From positions 4,237 to 68,236 of the forward strand of contig JBBQMC010000001.1 of assembly GCA_038328565.1 (NCBI GenBank): a stretch of 64,000 nucleotides of DNA, written 5' to 3'. The notes below the pieces were generated by a model, which worked only from the letters and a program-made list of their open reading frames with translations, was not told the DNA's origin and made no database searches. The stretch comes from Candidatus Limnocylindria bacterium. GTDB taxonomy: Bacteria; Chloroflexota; Limnocylindria; QHBO01. The position numbers and the translations under genes are program-made. This document shows, piece after piece, positions 49,777-58,701 of the stretch. Position 1 is the first letter of the stretch. Each line of letters starts with the position of its first letter.

Positions 49777-50747
49777 GCGAGGTCGCGCTGCGAACCTTCG
49801 ATACGCGCGATATCCCGGACCTCGTGCGGCTGTGGAACGAGATGTTCGCCGCCGCTGGGCTGAACGAGCGCCGCGGCATCGACCAGTTCACCGCGCTGTA
49901 TGCCCGAGTCACCCCCAGCCAGGATCCCTGGGCCGACGTCATCGTGGCCGAGCTCGAGGGCACGGCCGTGGGCTATGCGCGCCACCACTGGGTCGACACC
50001 GCCGACGGGGTCCGGGAGCACCGGGTCTGGATCTTCGCGGGACCCGACCACCGTGGCGGAACTGCCGAGCGGCTCCAGGACGCCGCGGACCAACGGGCCC
50101 GTGCGGTGGCCATTGCGCAGGGACCGATCGACCGGCCGCGCGCTTGGCGCATGGGCCAGCGACCGCCAGGCGTGGCGCATCCGGATGCTCGAGGCGCGTG
50201 GCTTCCATGCCGCGCGCTGGACGTTCGAGATGGAGCGCCCGACGCTCGACCACATCCGCGTGCCGGGCACGCCCGCCGGCATCGAGCTCAGGCGGGCGGA
50301 CGGCGACCCGGCCTCGCTGCGCCGGCTCTGGGACGCCAGCGGTGAGGCGTTCGAGGACCACTGGGGCGGGATCGATCGGTCCGACGCTGGGTTCGACGTG
50401 TGGCGATCCGAGCCGTACACCGATCCCGGCCCCTTCGTCGTGGCCTGGGATGGCGACCAGCTCGCCGGTGGGGTGATGCCGATCGTGAACGCCGCCGAGA
50501 ACCGCGAGCTGGGCGTGAACCGTGGCTGGATGATGTCCGTCTTCGTGCGGCGCTCGTGGCGGAGGCGTGGCCTGGGTGCATCGCTCGTCGGCGCCGCGCT
50601 GACCCGCCTCCGCGAACGCGGCCTGTCGAGCGCCGTCCTGACCGTCGACGCGGACAACCCGACCGGGCCGTCGGGCTGTATGAGCGCGCCGGATTCGCCG
50701 TCAGCGGGCGTGAGATCAGCTACCGGCGCCCGATGGAGGAGCGTTGA
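49773..50747 (+). pseudogene. MshD-like GNAT paralog 4, interrupted by two compensating frameshifts
   Basis: TTG 49773 (TTGA overlap) opens frame 0: SEVALRTFDTRDIPDLVRLWNEMF...HHWVDTADGVREHRVWIF. Homology moves to frame +1 near 50125-50142 (LGAWASDRQAWRIRMLEARGFHAARWTFEMERP...VFVRRSWRRRGLGASLV). It returns to frame 0 near 50661-50668 (GLYERAGFAVSGREISYRRPMEER, stop 50745-50747). Confidence 0.75.
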
Positions 50748-50930
50748 GCGGCGCGGCCCCACGTGCGCTTACACGTCCCGTATCTATCGGACGGTCAGAG
50801 GGCATTCCTTACCGTCCCTGCAGCCTCCGGACGCGGAGCGGCCGTTACGTTGGCCGTTCGTTGCGCGGACTGCAACAATCGGTCACTCATTGGCCGTTAC
50901 GAACACGGGTGGTAAGAGCCGCGGCCACCG

Positions 50931-52124
50931 CTACTCCGCCGGCTCCGCACTGACCCGCTCGCGGACCTCGTGGTAGTAGTCGACGATGCGCGCGGTGACG
51001 CTCGGCCAGCTGTACTCCGGCGCGGTTGCGCGGCCCGCCTCGCCCATTTCGTTGCGCAGCTCCGGGTCACGGGCCAGCGCATAGAGGGCGGCGGCCAGAG
51101 CGCGCTGGTTCTTCGGCTCCACGAGCAGCCCCTGGACGTTGCGCTGGACGACCTGCTTGTAGCCGTGGATGTCGGACGCGACGATCGGGACGCCCGCTGC
51201 CATCGCCTCGAGCAGGACGATGCCGAAGCTCTCCTGGCCCGTGGCGGGCGCGCAGAAGATGTCCGCCGACGCGAAGTAGCGGGCCTTGGCGAGGTCGCTG
51301 ACACGGCCAAGGAACTCGACGTCGCGGATCCCCCGCAGGCCTACGAAGCGCCGATACTCGCGCGCCTTCGGCCCGGTGCCGACGATGAGCAGCCGGGCGT
51401 CGACGCGCCGCTTGCGGAGCCGATGGTAGGCCCGCAGCAGATGGCCGAGGCCCTTGCGCTCCTCGAAGCGCCCGACGAAGAGGATGTTCAGGGTGCCGTC
51501 GCGGAGCTCGTCGTACGGCTCGGCATCGGCGTAGAGGTCGAGGTCGACGCCGTTCGGGATGATCGTGTAGTCGCCGGGGAAGTAGCGCGAGATGAAGTGC
51601 CGCGCGGCGCCCGAGACGGCCAGCCGGCCATGCAGCCGCTCCGCCAGCCGGCCGGCGAAGCGGCGGCCGACCCAGTAGCTGGGGCTGAAGCCGCCGAAGG
51701 CGTGAAACGTGGCGATGTTGACGGTGTGCGAGGCGTCGAGCAGGGTCGGTGACAGGAACGGCACGAGCGGCTCGTGGAAGTGGAGGATGTCGAAGCGCTC
51801 GGCGTCGAGGAGCTCGCGCGCCTGCTGCTTGAAGCGCAGGCTGAGGGTCACGCGCCCGACGCTGCCATTGGCCGGGAACGCCCACCCGGTCCCGAGGCGG
51901 ATGACGTGGCCCTCGCTCTCGCGCTGGCGCCCGTACTTGCTCGTGATGATCCACGCGTCGTGGCCGAGCGCGGTGAGCTGCTCGTACTGATTGCGGACGT
52001 GGTCGTTGACGCCACCCGGATGCGGGTAGCCGTACGGGCTGACGATCCCCACCTTCAGCGCGCCGCGCGGGTCGCGCGACGCCGGCGACCGGTCGCGCGC
52101 CGGCGGGGTCTCGAGCTGCGTCAT
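50931..52124 (-). CDS. pimA: GT4 glycosyltransferase, PimA-like phosphatidylinositol mannosyltransferase
   Basis: ATG 52124 gives MTQLETPP...LKVGIVSPYGYPHPGGVNDHVRNQYEQL. The C-terminal part has the GT4 E-x7-E region (ESFGIVLLEAMAAG). Context is the PI/PIM cluster. Sugar and acceptor specificity are inferred. Confidence 0.75.
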   Translation of the reverse strand: MTQLETPPARDRSPASRDPRGALKVGIVSPYGYPHPGGVNDHVRNQYEQLTALGHDAWIITSKYGRQRESEGHVIRLGTGWAFPANGSVGRVTLSLRFKQQARELLDAERFDILHFHEPLVPFLSPTLLDASHTVNIATFHAFGGFSPSYWVGRRFAGRLAERLHGRLAVSGAARHFISRYFPGDYTIIPNGVDLDLYADAEPYDELRDGTLNILFVGRFEERKGLGHLLRAYHRLRKRRVDARLLIVGTGPKAREYRRFVGLRGIRDVEFLGRVSDLAKARYFASADIFCAPATGQESFGIVLLEAMAAGVPIVASDIHGYKQVVQRNVQGLLVEPKNQRALAAALYALARDPELRNEMGEAGRATAPEYSWPSVTARIVDYYHEVRERVSAEPAE

Positions 52125-52912
52125 CGCCACTCTCCTGTCGGCCGCAGAGTATGCCGCAGGTGCCGTCCCTTGGCGACGAGCTGGCGGCCGTAGACGGCGA
52201 CGTTGTGCCAGTTCGTCCAGAAGTCGCCAGCCGGCTCGGTCGTCCCCGCCATGAGCGAGGACCGATAGTCGCCGGCGCTCACGCCGTCGAACCAGGTCCA
52301 CGCCGTCCCGACCGCCTCGAGGATGTGGGCGTCGCTGTTCCCGACCGCCGGCAGGTGGAGCAGCTCCGCGTTCAGGCGGTCGCGGGCGGCGCGTCGTGAG
52401 CGACCGGCGGCGGACGGGTTCATGAGCTCGATCCCGTCGAGACGGAGCGTCGGATCGGTCGCCTCGTGGGCCGCGCGCAGCGAGCGCGCCCCGATCGACG
52501 GGGTCAGCGGCGCCAGCGGGTGGGCGGCGATCGCCAGGCCGCCCTGCGCGTGGATCGCCGCGAGGGATTCGGGAAGCGGCCGCAGCGCGCGGACGCGATC
52601 GGTCAGAAAGAGGCCGAGCAGGTGGCCGCGGCGCGAAGTGACCTCCTCACCCACGACGAGGTCGTACCCGTAGGTGCCGCGCGCGTGGAGCTCGAGCGCG
52701 CGCTGCGCGCCGTCGATCCGCTCGTGATCGGTGATCGCGATCACGTCGAGGTCGGTCGCCTCCTCCACCCAGTCGAGCAGCTGGGCCACCGCCGCCGTCC
52801 CGTCGGACCACAGGGTGTGGAGATGCATGTCGGCCTTGCCGCGCGCGCCGCCGCCCCGTGGCCGCCGTTCGGACGCCGCGATGCGCGCCGCGGAAACGGA
52901 CGCAGCGCTCAT
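52121..52912 (-). CDS. PHP-domain metal-dependent phosphoesterase
   Basis: ATG 52912 (ATGA overlap upstream, ATGA overlap downstream with pimA). Has DMHLHTLWSDG, IAITDHE, LAIAAHP and VGNSDAH, the PHP His/Asp motifs. Confidence 0.8.
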   Translation of the reverse strand: MSAASVSAARIAASERRPRGGGARGKADMHLHTLWSDGTAAVAQLLDWVEEATDLDVIAITDHERIDGAQRALELHARGTYGYDLVVGEEVTSRRGHLLGLFLTDRVRALRPLPESLAAIHAQGGLAIAAHPLAPLTPSIGARSLRAAHEATDPTLRLDGIELMNPSAAGRSRRAARDRLNAELLHLPAVGNSDAHILEAVGTAWTWFDGVSAGDYRSSLMAGTTEPAGDFWTNWHNVAVYGRQLVAKGRHLRHTLRPTGEWR

Positions 52913-53799
52913 GCGCGCTGGTCGGTCCAGTAGGGCTGGAAGATCGCGAACCACTGCTCCGGCGCCTCGGCGATCGCGGTCTCGAACGTGCGCGCCATCT
53001 CGCCGGTGATGCGCTCGATCCGCCCGCGGCGTGACTCGCCATCTCGCGCGGCCACGTCGAGATTCCACAGCCGGGCGGTGAATCGGTCCGGCCCGGTACG
53101 CAGGCAGCGCGCGATGACGAGCGGGCGCCCGGTCGTGGCCGCGAGCCACGCCGGGCCGGCCGGCAGCGTCACCGGGTGGCCGAACATCGTCACCGTCACC
53201 CCGTCACCGGCGAGGTCGCGGTCGGCGACGAGCGCGGCGATCTCGCCGCGGCGGAGCGCGTCCACCATCTGGCGCCGCGCGCGCGACAGCGGCACCACCC
53301 GCATCCCGTGCCCGGCCGCGCGGCGGGCGCGTAGGAAGTCATAGAGCTCGGGCGGCTCCGTCTCCTCCACCGGTGCCACGCCGGTGATCCCCTCCGCCTC
53401 GACGAAGTGTCCGAACGGCTCGAAGTTGCCGAGGTGCGGCAGGGCGACCACCGCGCCGCCGCGCACGACCGCCGCCAGGGCGTCCCAGTCGTCGACCGTC
53501 ACGTGGCGCCGCGCTTCGCGCCGGTCGTAGTGGGGCGCACGGAGCAGCTCGACGTAGTAGCGAGCGTATTCGACGAAGGCGCGCTCGACCAGGCGTCGCA
53601 GCGGCGCGCCCTCCGCGGGCCGTCCGAGCGCGACCTGGACCCGCCGCAGCCCTTCGCTCACGCGCGCGCGCCGCGCGGCGTCACGTCGATGCCAGGCGCG
53701 GCCGCCCGCATCGGCGATCCCGTAGGCGACCCCGGCGGGAAGGCTGCGCATCACGAGATCCGCGACGCGGAGACCGAGCCGCAGCCCGAGCGACCGCAT
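52909..53799 (-). CDS. LpxL/HtrB-family lipid acyltransferase (PatA-like), copy B
   Basis: ATG 53799 gives MRSLGLRLGLRVADLV. Has the HLGNFE (HX4D/E) motif and PAGPAWLA. Shares 1 nt (TGATG) with the upstream paralog's stop. Confidence 0.8.
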   Translation of the reverse strand: MRSLGLRLGLRVADLVMRSLPAGVAYGIADAGGRAWHRRDAARRARVSEGLRRVQVALGRPAEGAPLRRLVERAFVEYARYYVELLRAPHYDRREARRHVTVDDWDALAAVVRGGAVVALPHLGNFEPFGHFVEAEGITGVAPVEETEPPELYDFLRARRAAGHGMRVVPLSRARRQMVDALRRGEIAALVADRDLAGDGVTVTMFGHPVTLPAGPAWLAATTGRPLVIARCLRTGPDRFTARLWNLDVAARDGESRRGRIERITGEMARTFETAIAEAPEQWFAIFQPYWTDQRA

Positions 53800-54815
53800 C
53801 ACGCGGTCGCCCCGCGCCCCGTCCAGTCCTCCCCGTTCCGGGCGCGCTCGAGCGCGGCCGCGGCGGCGGCGCGCTGCGCATCGGTCTCCGGCCAGACGCT
53901 GCGGAAGAGATACCACTGGCCCGGATCCTCGGCGATCACCGCGCCGAGCGCATCGGCGAGCGCCTGGGTCGCGCGGTGGATCGAGGCCGGGTCATCCCTC
54001 TCGGCGCGGATCGTCGACAGGCCACGGGCGACGAACGTGTCGCGCCCGGTGCGCTGGCACCAGACCGGGAGCATCGGTGCGCCGGACTTCGCCGACAGGG
54101 TCGCCGGGCCGGCGGGAAACGTGGTCGGCGCGCCGAGGAATTCGACCGGCACGTCGCCGGGCCGGTAGCCGCCATCGCAGAAGAGGACGAGGTTCCCGCC
54201 CTGGTGCAGCACCTTGAACAGGGCGCGCAGGTTGCGCCAGCCGATGACATGCAGCCCGTGGCGCGCGCGCTCCGCCTTGAGGTGGTCGTACAGCCGGCCG
54301 TAGGTCGTGTCGTCGGCCACCACGTGAAGCTCCTCGCCGGCGAGGTGGAGCGCGGGACCGATCATGTCCATCCCTCCGACGTGGACCGTGCAGACGAGCA
54401 CGCCGTTCTCCCCGGCGCGCGCCTCGGGGAGCACCTCGACGTTGTCGATGGCGATCATGCGGCGCACCTCGGTGTCGGAGAGCGAGGGCAGGCGCATGAC
54501 GTCGGCGAGGTACTTCGCGTAGTTGCGGAATGCGCGCCGCGTGGCGCGCTGCACGGCCGGTGCGTCGGCCGGCAGTCCCATCGCGTGGCCGATGTTGGCG
54601 CGGATCACGTCGCGCTTGTCGCCCGCCAGGTCGTGCGCCGCGTTGCCCGCCGCCGCGGCGATCGGCAGCACGATGCCGCGCGGGAGCGCGCCGATGAGGC
54701 GCTCCGCGGCGAGGTAGGCCCAGTAGGTGAGCAGCTCCCGCTTGCGCTCCGGCCGCTGCGGGACGCCGCGACGGACGGACGCCGTGCGCCCGCCCGTCTC
54801 CGCCGGTGCGGTCAC
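53799..54815 (-). CDS. LpxL/HtrB-family lipid acyltransferase (PatA-like), copy A
   Basis: 338 aa with HVGGMD (HX4D), FPAGPATLSAKSGAPMLPV and DPGQWYLF, typical of PIM/lauroyl acyltransferases. Confidence 0.8.
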   Translation of the reverse strand: MTAPAETGGRTASVRRGVPQRPERKRELLTYWAYLAAERLIGALPRGIVLPIAAAAGNAAHDLAGDKRDVIRANIGHAMGLPADAPAVQRATRRAFRNYAKYLADVMRLPSLSDTEVRRMIAIDNVEVLPEARAGENGVLVCTVHVGGMDMIGPALHLAGEELHVVADDTTYGRLYDHLKAERARHGLHVIGWRNLRALFKVLHQGGNLVLFCDGGYRPGDVPVEFLGAPTTFPAGPATLSAKSGAPMLPVWCQRTGRDTFVARGLSTIRAERDDPASIHRATQALADALGAVIAEDPGQWYLFRSVWPETDAQRAAAAAALERARNGEDWTGRGATA

Positions 54816-54819
54816 CCCG

Positions 54820-56049
54820 TCAGCGCGCGGCGGCAGCGCCCTTCGACCTCTTCGGCTCGGCGAGCTTGCGGAGCTGCCGCTTCGCGGCCTTCTCCGTCCC
54901 GACGAGCGTCTCGTTGTCCTCGCCGCGGATGAAGGCCTCGACGCGGTTGTAGGCGATGTCGTCGTGGATCTGGAGCGGCGGCGACTTCATGAAATACGCG
55001 CTCGGTGCCACCAGGGTCCCGGCCAGGCCGCGATCCAGGCCGAGCTTCGCGCAGCGGAGGGCATCGGTGATGACGCCGGCACTGTTGGGTGAGTCCCAGA
55101 CCTCGAGCTTGAGCTCCAGGTTTAGCGGCACGTCGCCAAACGTCGTGCCCTCGATCCGGATGTGGCACCACTTGCGATCCTTGAGCCATGGCACGTAGTC
55201 GGACGGGCCGACGTGAATGTCCCCGTCGTCGATCTCGTAGTCGATCATCGACGTCACCGCGTTCGTCTTGCTGATCTTCTTGGACTCGAGCCGCTCGCGC
55301 TCGAGCATGTTGAGGAAGTCGGTGTTGCCGCCGAAGTTCAGCTGGTAGGTGCGGTCGATGCGCACGCCGCGGTCCATGAAGAGGCGGGTCAGCACGCGAT
55401 GCGTGATCGTGGCGCCGACCTGGCTCTTGATGTCGTCACCGATGACCGGCAACCCGGCCTCCGCGAAGCGGCGCTGCCAGTATGGCTCGCGCCCGATGAA
55501 CACGGGGATCGCGTTCACGAACGCCACGCCGGCCTGGATCGCCTGCTCGGCGTACCACTTCGTTGCCTGCTCGCTGCCGACCGGCAGGTAGCTGACCATG
55601 ACGTCGACCTTGCGCTCCTTGAGAATGCCCACGATGTCGGCCGTCGGCCCGGGCGCCTTCTCGATGACCTGCGAGAGGTACTTGCCCAGCCCGTCGTGCG
55701 TCATGCCACGCTCGACCGTCACGCCGAGATGCGGAACGTCGGCGAACTTGTACGTGTTGTTCTGGCCGGAGAAGATCGCCTCGGAGAGGTCCTTGCCGAC
55801 CTTCTCGCGGTCGATGTCGAAGGCGGCCACGAAGTCGATGTCACGAATGTGGTAGCCACCGAGATCCACATGCATGAGGCCCGGGATGAAGTCGCCGGGC
55901 TTCGCGTCGGCATAGTAGATCCGGCCCTGGACGAGGCTGCTGGCGCAGTTGCCGACGCCCACGATCGCGACCCGCACCTTGCCGTCGCTCGGCCGATGCC
56001 CGTTGCTCGCGGCCTTTCCGTTGCCGGCGTGCTTTCCGTTGTTCGCCAC
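54820..56049 (-). CDS. ino1: myo-Inositol-1-phosphate (inositol-3-phosphate) synthase
   Basis: 409 aa with [40 protein letters not shown] and [25 protein letters not shown]. Closely resembles actinobacterial Ino1. Confidence 0.95.
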   Translation of the reverse strand: MANNGKHAGNGKAASNGHRPSDGKVRVAIVGVGNCASSLVQGRIYYADAKPGDFIPGLMHVDLGGYHIRDIDFVAAFDIDREKVGKDLSEAIFSGQNNTYKFADVPHLGVTVERGMTHDGLGKYLSQVIEKAPGPTADIVGILKERKVDVMVSYLPVGSEQATKWYAEQAIQAGVAFVNAIPVFIGREPYWQRRFAEAGLPVIGDDIKSQVGATITHRVLTRLFMDRGVRIDRTYQLNFGGNTDFLNMLERERLESKKISKTNAVTSMIDYEIDDGDIHVGPSDYVPWLKDRKWCHIRIEGTTFGDVPLNLELKLEVWDSPNSAGVITDALRCAKLGLDRGLAGTLVAPSAYFMKSPPLQIHDDIAYNRVEAFIRGEDNETLVGTEKAAKRQLRKLAEPKRSKGAAAAR

Positions 56050-56069
56050 GCTGTACTCCGTTCTGCTGG

Positions 56070-56741
56070 TCAGTGGTCGTCTGTGACGGTCGCGCCGGCG
56101 GTGAGCCGGTGGACGTACCAGATGCGCTGGAAGGCGGTCGCCACGGTGAGGACCGCGATGAGGCCGATGGCGCCGAGCAGGCCCGGCAGCCAGCCGAGAC
56201 CCGCCAGCGCGATGCCGGCGATGATGAGTGCCAGCCGCTCGGTGCGTGGCGCCAGGCCAATCGAGGCATCGACCCCGATCCCCTGCGCACGCGCGTGAGC
56301 GTAGCTGACGATGAACGAGCCGGCGAGGGCGACGATCACGCCGAGCACCGGGACGAGCGGCTCCGCTGTGAACTGCAGCAGGAATGCGGCCAGCCCGAGG
56401 TAGAGGATCGCCTCGCCCGCGCGGTCGAGCGTGGAGTCGAGGAAGCCCCCGAACGGCGTGCCGCCACCCTGCGCACGGGCGATGGCCCCGTCAACCGCGT
56501 CGAGGACCGATCCAGCGAGCAGCACAGCCGCCCCCACGAAGAGGTTGCCGGTGCCGATGAGCACGGCGGCGATGGCGGTGATGACGAGGCCGATCACGGT
56601 GATCGTGTTGGCCGTGATGCCCGCCGCCAGCGCGCCACGCACGATCGGATGGAGGACGGCGCGTCCGGCCTGCTTCAGCCAGCTGGGGGCGAGGGAGTCG
56701 CCGCGCGCGATGTCGTGGGTGTGGGAGTGGCTAGCCGACAT
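56070..56741 (-). CDS. pgsA1: CDP-alcohol phosphatidyltransferase, phosphatidylinositol-phosphate synthase type
   Basis: 223 aa with [30 protein letters not shown], matching D-x2-DG-x2-AR-x8-G-x3-D-x3-D. Adjacent to ino1 and the pimA/acyltransferase genes, as in mycobacteria. Confidence 0.88.
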   Translation of the reverse strand: MSASHSHTHDIARGDSLAPSWLKQAGRAVLHPIVRGALAAGITANTITVIGLVITAIAAVLIGTGNLFVGAAVLLAGSVLDAVDGAIARAQGGGTPFGGFLDSTLDRAGEAILYLGLAAFLLQFTAEPLVPVLGVIVALAGSFIVSYAHARAQGIGVDASIGLAPRTERLALIIAGIALAGLGWLPGLLGAIGLIAVLTVATAFQRIWYVHRLTAGATVTDDH

Positions 56742-57084
56742 CCGGCACCTCCCCGGTGGTGGAGGCCATTGTCACGCCGCTCGTGCCGCCGATGAGGCGT
56801 GCCTCCACCTCGTGGAGCTCCTCGAATGCGGCGAGGCGGAGGCGGCAGAGCGTCTCGCGACCCTGCTTCTGGGTGTCGATCAGGCCGGCGACGCGAAGGA
56901 TGCGCAGGTGCCAGCTGATGAGCGGCTGCGACAGCCCAACGCGCACCGAGAGCTGGCCCACCGGCATCGGTCCCGCCTCGGCGAGGATCCCGATTACGCG
57001 CAGGCGGGTCTCGTCGCCGAGCGAGCGGTAGAGGACGCGAAGGCGGCGCAGGTCGCTGTCGGCGCGGTCACGAGGGAGCGTCAT
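56731..57084 (-). CDS. ArsR/SmtB-family transcriptional regulator
   Basis: ATG 57084 gives MTLPRDRADSDLRRLRVLYRSLGDETRLRVIGILAEAGPMPVGQLSVRVGLSQPLISWHLRILRVAGLI (winged HTH). The 3' end overlaps pgsA1 by 11 nt. Confidence 0.85.
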   Translation of the reverse strand: MTLPRDRADSDLRRLRVLYRSLGDETRLRVIGILAEAGPMPVGQLSVRVGLSQPLISWHLRILRVAGLIDTQKQGRETLCRLRLAAFEELHEVEARLIGGTSGVTMASTTGEVPDVG

Positions 57085-57145
57085 GCGAGAGTCACTCTTT
57101 ATCAAAGTTCTGCTTATGTAAGCGGGCGCTTATGCTACGGGACCG

Positions 57146-58015
57146 ATGCCGGAGCCGTCAAGGCGCCGTGCTACCGTGCCGCCTGTGACGATCTCGACCC
57201 CCGACGCGCTGTGGGCGTCGCAGACGCTGCGCCACCTCCAACCGGCCGCGATCCAGTGCCGCGGCCTGCGCCGCAGGATCGCCGGCGCGCCGGTGCTCGA
57301 CGGCCTCGACCTCGTCGTCCCGGTCGGCGCGCGTCTCCTCGTCGCATCGCGGCCGCCCGACGCCGCGTCGCTGCTGCTCCGCATCCTCGCCGGCGTCGCC
57401 CGGCCGGATGGCGGCACGCTGCGGCTCGCCGGCCTCGAGCTCGGCGACGACCTGCCCGGTGGCTGGGCGCGACGGGTCGCCTACCTCCCGCCCACCGACG
57501 CGCTGCCGGTCTGGATGTCGGCGCGCGAGGCCATCGACCTGTCGGCCCGGCTCCTCGACTACGACCGCGCCGAGCGCGCGACGCGCGTCGAACGCGCCAT
57601 GGCGCGCGCCAGCATCCCAGCCGCGTTCGAGCTGGACCGGCCGTTGCGCCGCGCTTCGCAGATTGAACGCCAGCTCGTGGCGCTCGCGGCCGCCCTGGTT
57701 GGCGACCCGGAGATCCTCCTCCTCGACGAGCCGCTGCGTGCGCTCGAACCCAGGGAACGGTCGCGTATTCTCGGCGCGCTCGGCGAGCGGGCCACGCTCG
57801 TCGTCGCCAGCCGATCTCCGGTCGTCGACGAGGGCGTCGCGCGCGAGGTCGCGTTCATCGACCACGGGCGGCTGGCGGTCCACGCCCCGATCACCGAGCT
57901 CACGCGACGCGGCCTGCCACTCACCGTTGCCGGGCTCGAGCGGCTCGCCGCCGGTCCGCACGGTGGCGCGGCCCTGGCGGCCACGCGTCCCGCAGCTGCG
58001 ACGAAGGCGCGATGA
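57146..58015 (+). CDS. ABC-type nucleotide-binding-domain protein with degenerate catalytic motifs
   Basis: 289 aa with overall NBD layout. Walker A is ASRPPDAASLL (no GK[ST]), the signature is ASQIERQ instead of LSGGQ, and the H-loop region is ASRSP. Walker B ILLLDEP is retained. Confidence 0.7.
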   Translation: MPEPSRRRATVPPVTISTPDALWASQTLRHLQPAAIQCRGLRRRIAGAPVLDGLDLVVPVGARLLVASRPPDAASLLLRILAGVARPDGGTLRLAGLELGDDLPGGWARRVAYLPPTDALPVWMSAREAIDLSARLLDYDRAERATRVERAMARASIPAAFELDRPLRRASQIERQLVALAAALVGDPEILLLDEPLRALEPRERSRILGALGERATLVVASRSPVVDEGVAREVAFIDHGRLAVHAPITELTRRGLPLTVAGLERLAAGPHGGAALAATRPAAATKAR

Positions 58016-58701
58016 ATCGCCTGGCGACGCTCGCCGGCCTCTCATTGCGCGAGCTGTGGATCGGCTATCGCCTCCTCGTCGCGATGCTTGCCTTCGCAGT
58101 CAGCGGCCTGGTGGTGGCGATTGCGCCGGCGCCCGGGTGGCGCGCCCACGCCCTCGCTGTGGTGGCTGCGATCGCGCTCGCCTCCGGCCTCATGGCCGAT
58201 GCCGTCGCGGGTGATCGCCGCCGCGGCTTCGTCGGCTGGCTCGTTGCGCGCGCGGTGCCGCGCGCGACCGTCGCCACCGGCTGGCTGTGCGCCGCCGCGA
58301 TCTCCGTCCTCGCCGGCGTGGCGCTCGCCGTTGCCACCGCGAGCACGGTGGGTGCCGCCGCAATGGGACCCGCCGACATGGCCGCCCTCCCCGGCGTGGC
58401 GGCGGCGGTCGCCGCCGCAGGGGCCGCCGCCACTGGCCTGGCGATCGCGCTCGGCCTGCTCATGGCGCCGCCGCTGGCGCTGCCGATCACCACGGTCGTG
58501 GTCGCCGCCTGGCTGGCGGGGATCGTCCTCTTCGCGCCGACCGGCGCGCCACTGCCCGGCAGCGGGCTCGCCCTGCTCGCCGATCTCGGCGTCGGCGCGC
58601 TGGGGCCCGGGGTCGCGCTGCGCGCCGCCGGCGTGACGCTGGCCGCCGCCGCCGCCGCGTGGGCCGCGGCCGTCCTCGTCGCGAACCGGGTCGACCTGTG
58701 A
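58012..58701 (+). CDS. Hypothetical polytopic membrane protein (ABC-2-permease-like)
   Basis: 229 aa with about 6 Ala/Leu/Val-rich TM segments. ATGA overlap with the NBD gene and GTGA overlap with the MFS gene. Confidence 0.6.
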   Translation: MNRLATLAGLSLRELWIGYRLLVAMLAFAVSGLVVAIAPAPGWRAHALAVVAAIALASGLMADAVAGDRRRGFVGWLVARAVPRATVATGWLCAAAISVLAGVALAVATASTVGAAAMGPADMAALPGVAAAVAAAGAAATGLAIALGLLMAPPLALPITTVVVAAWLAGIVLFAPTGAPLPGSGLALLADLGVGALGPGVALRAAGVTLAAAAAAWAAAVLVANRVDL

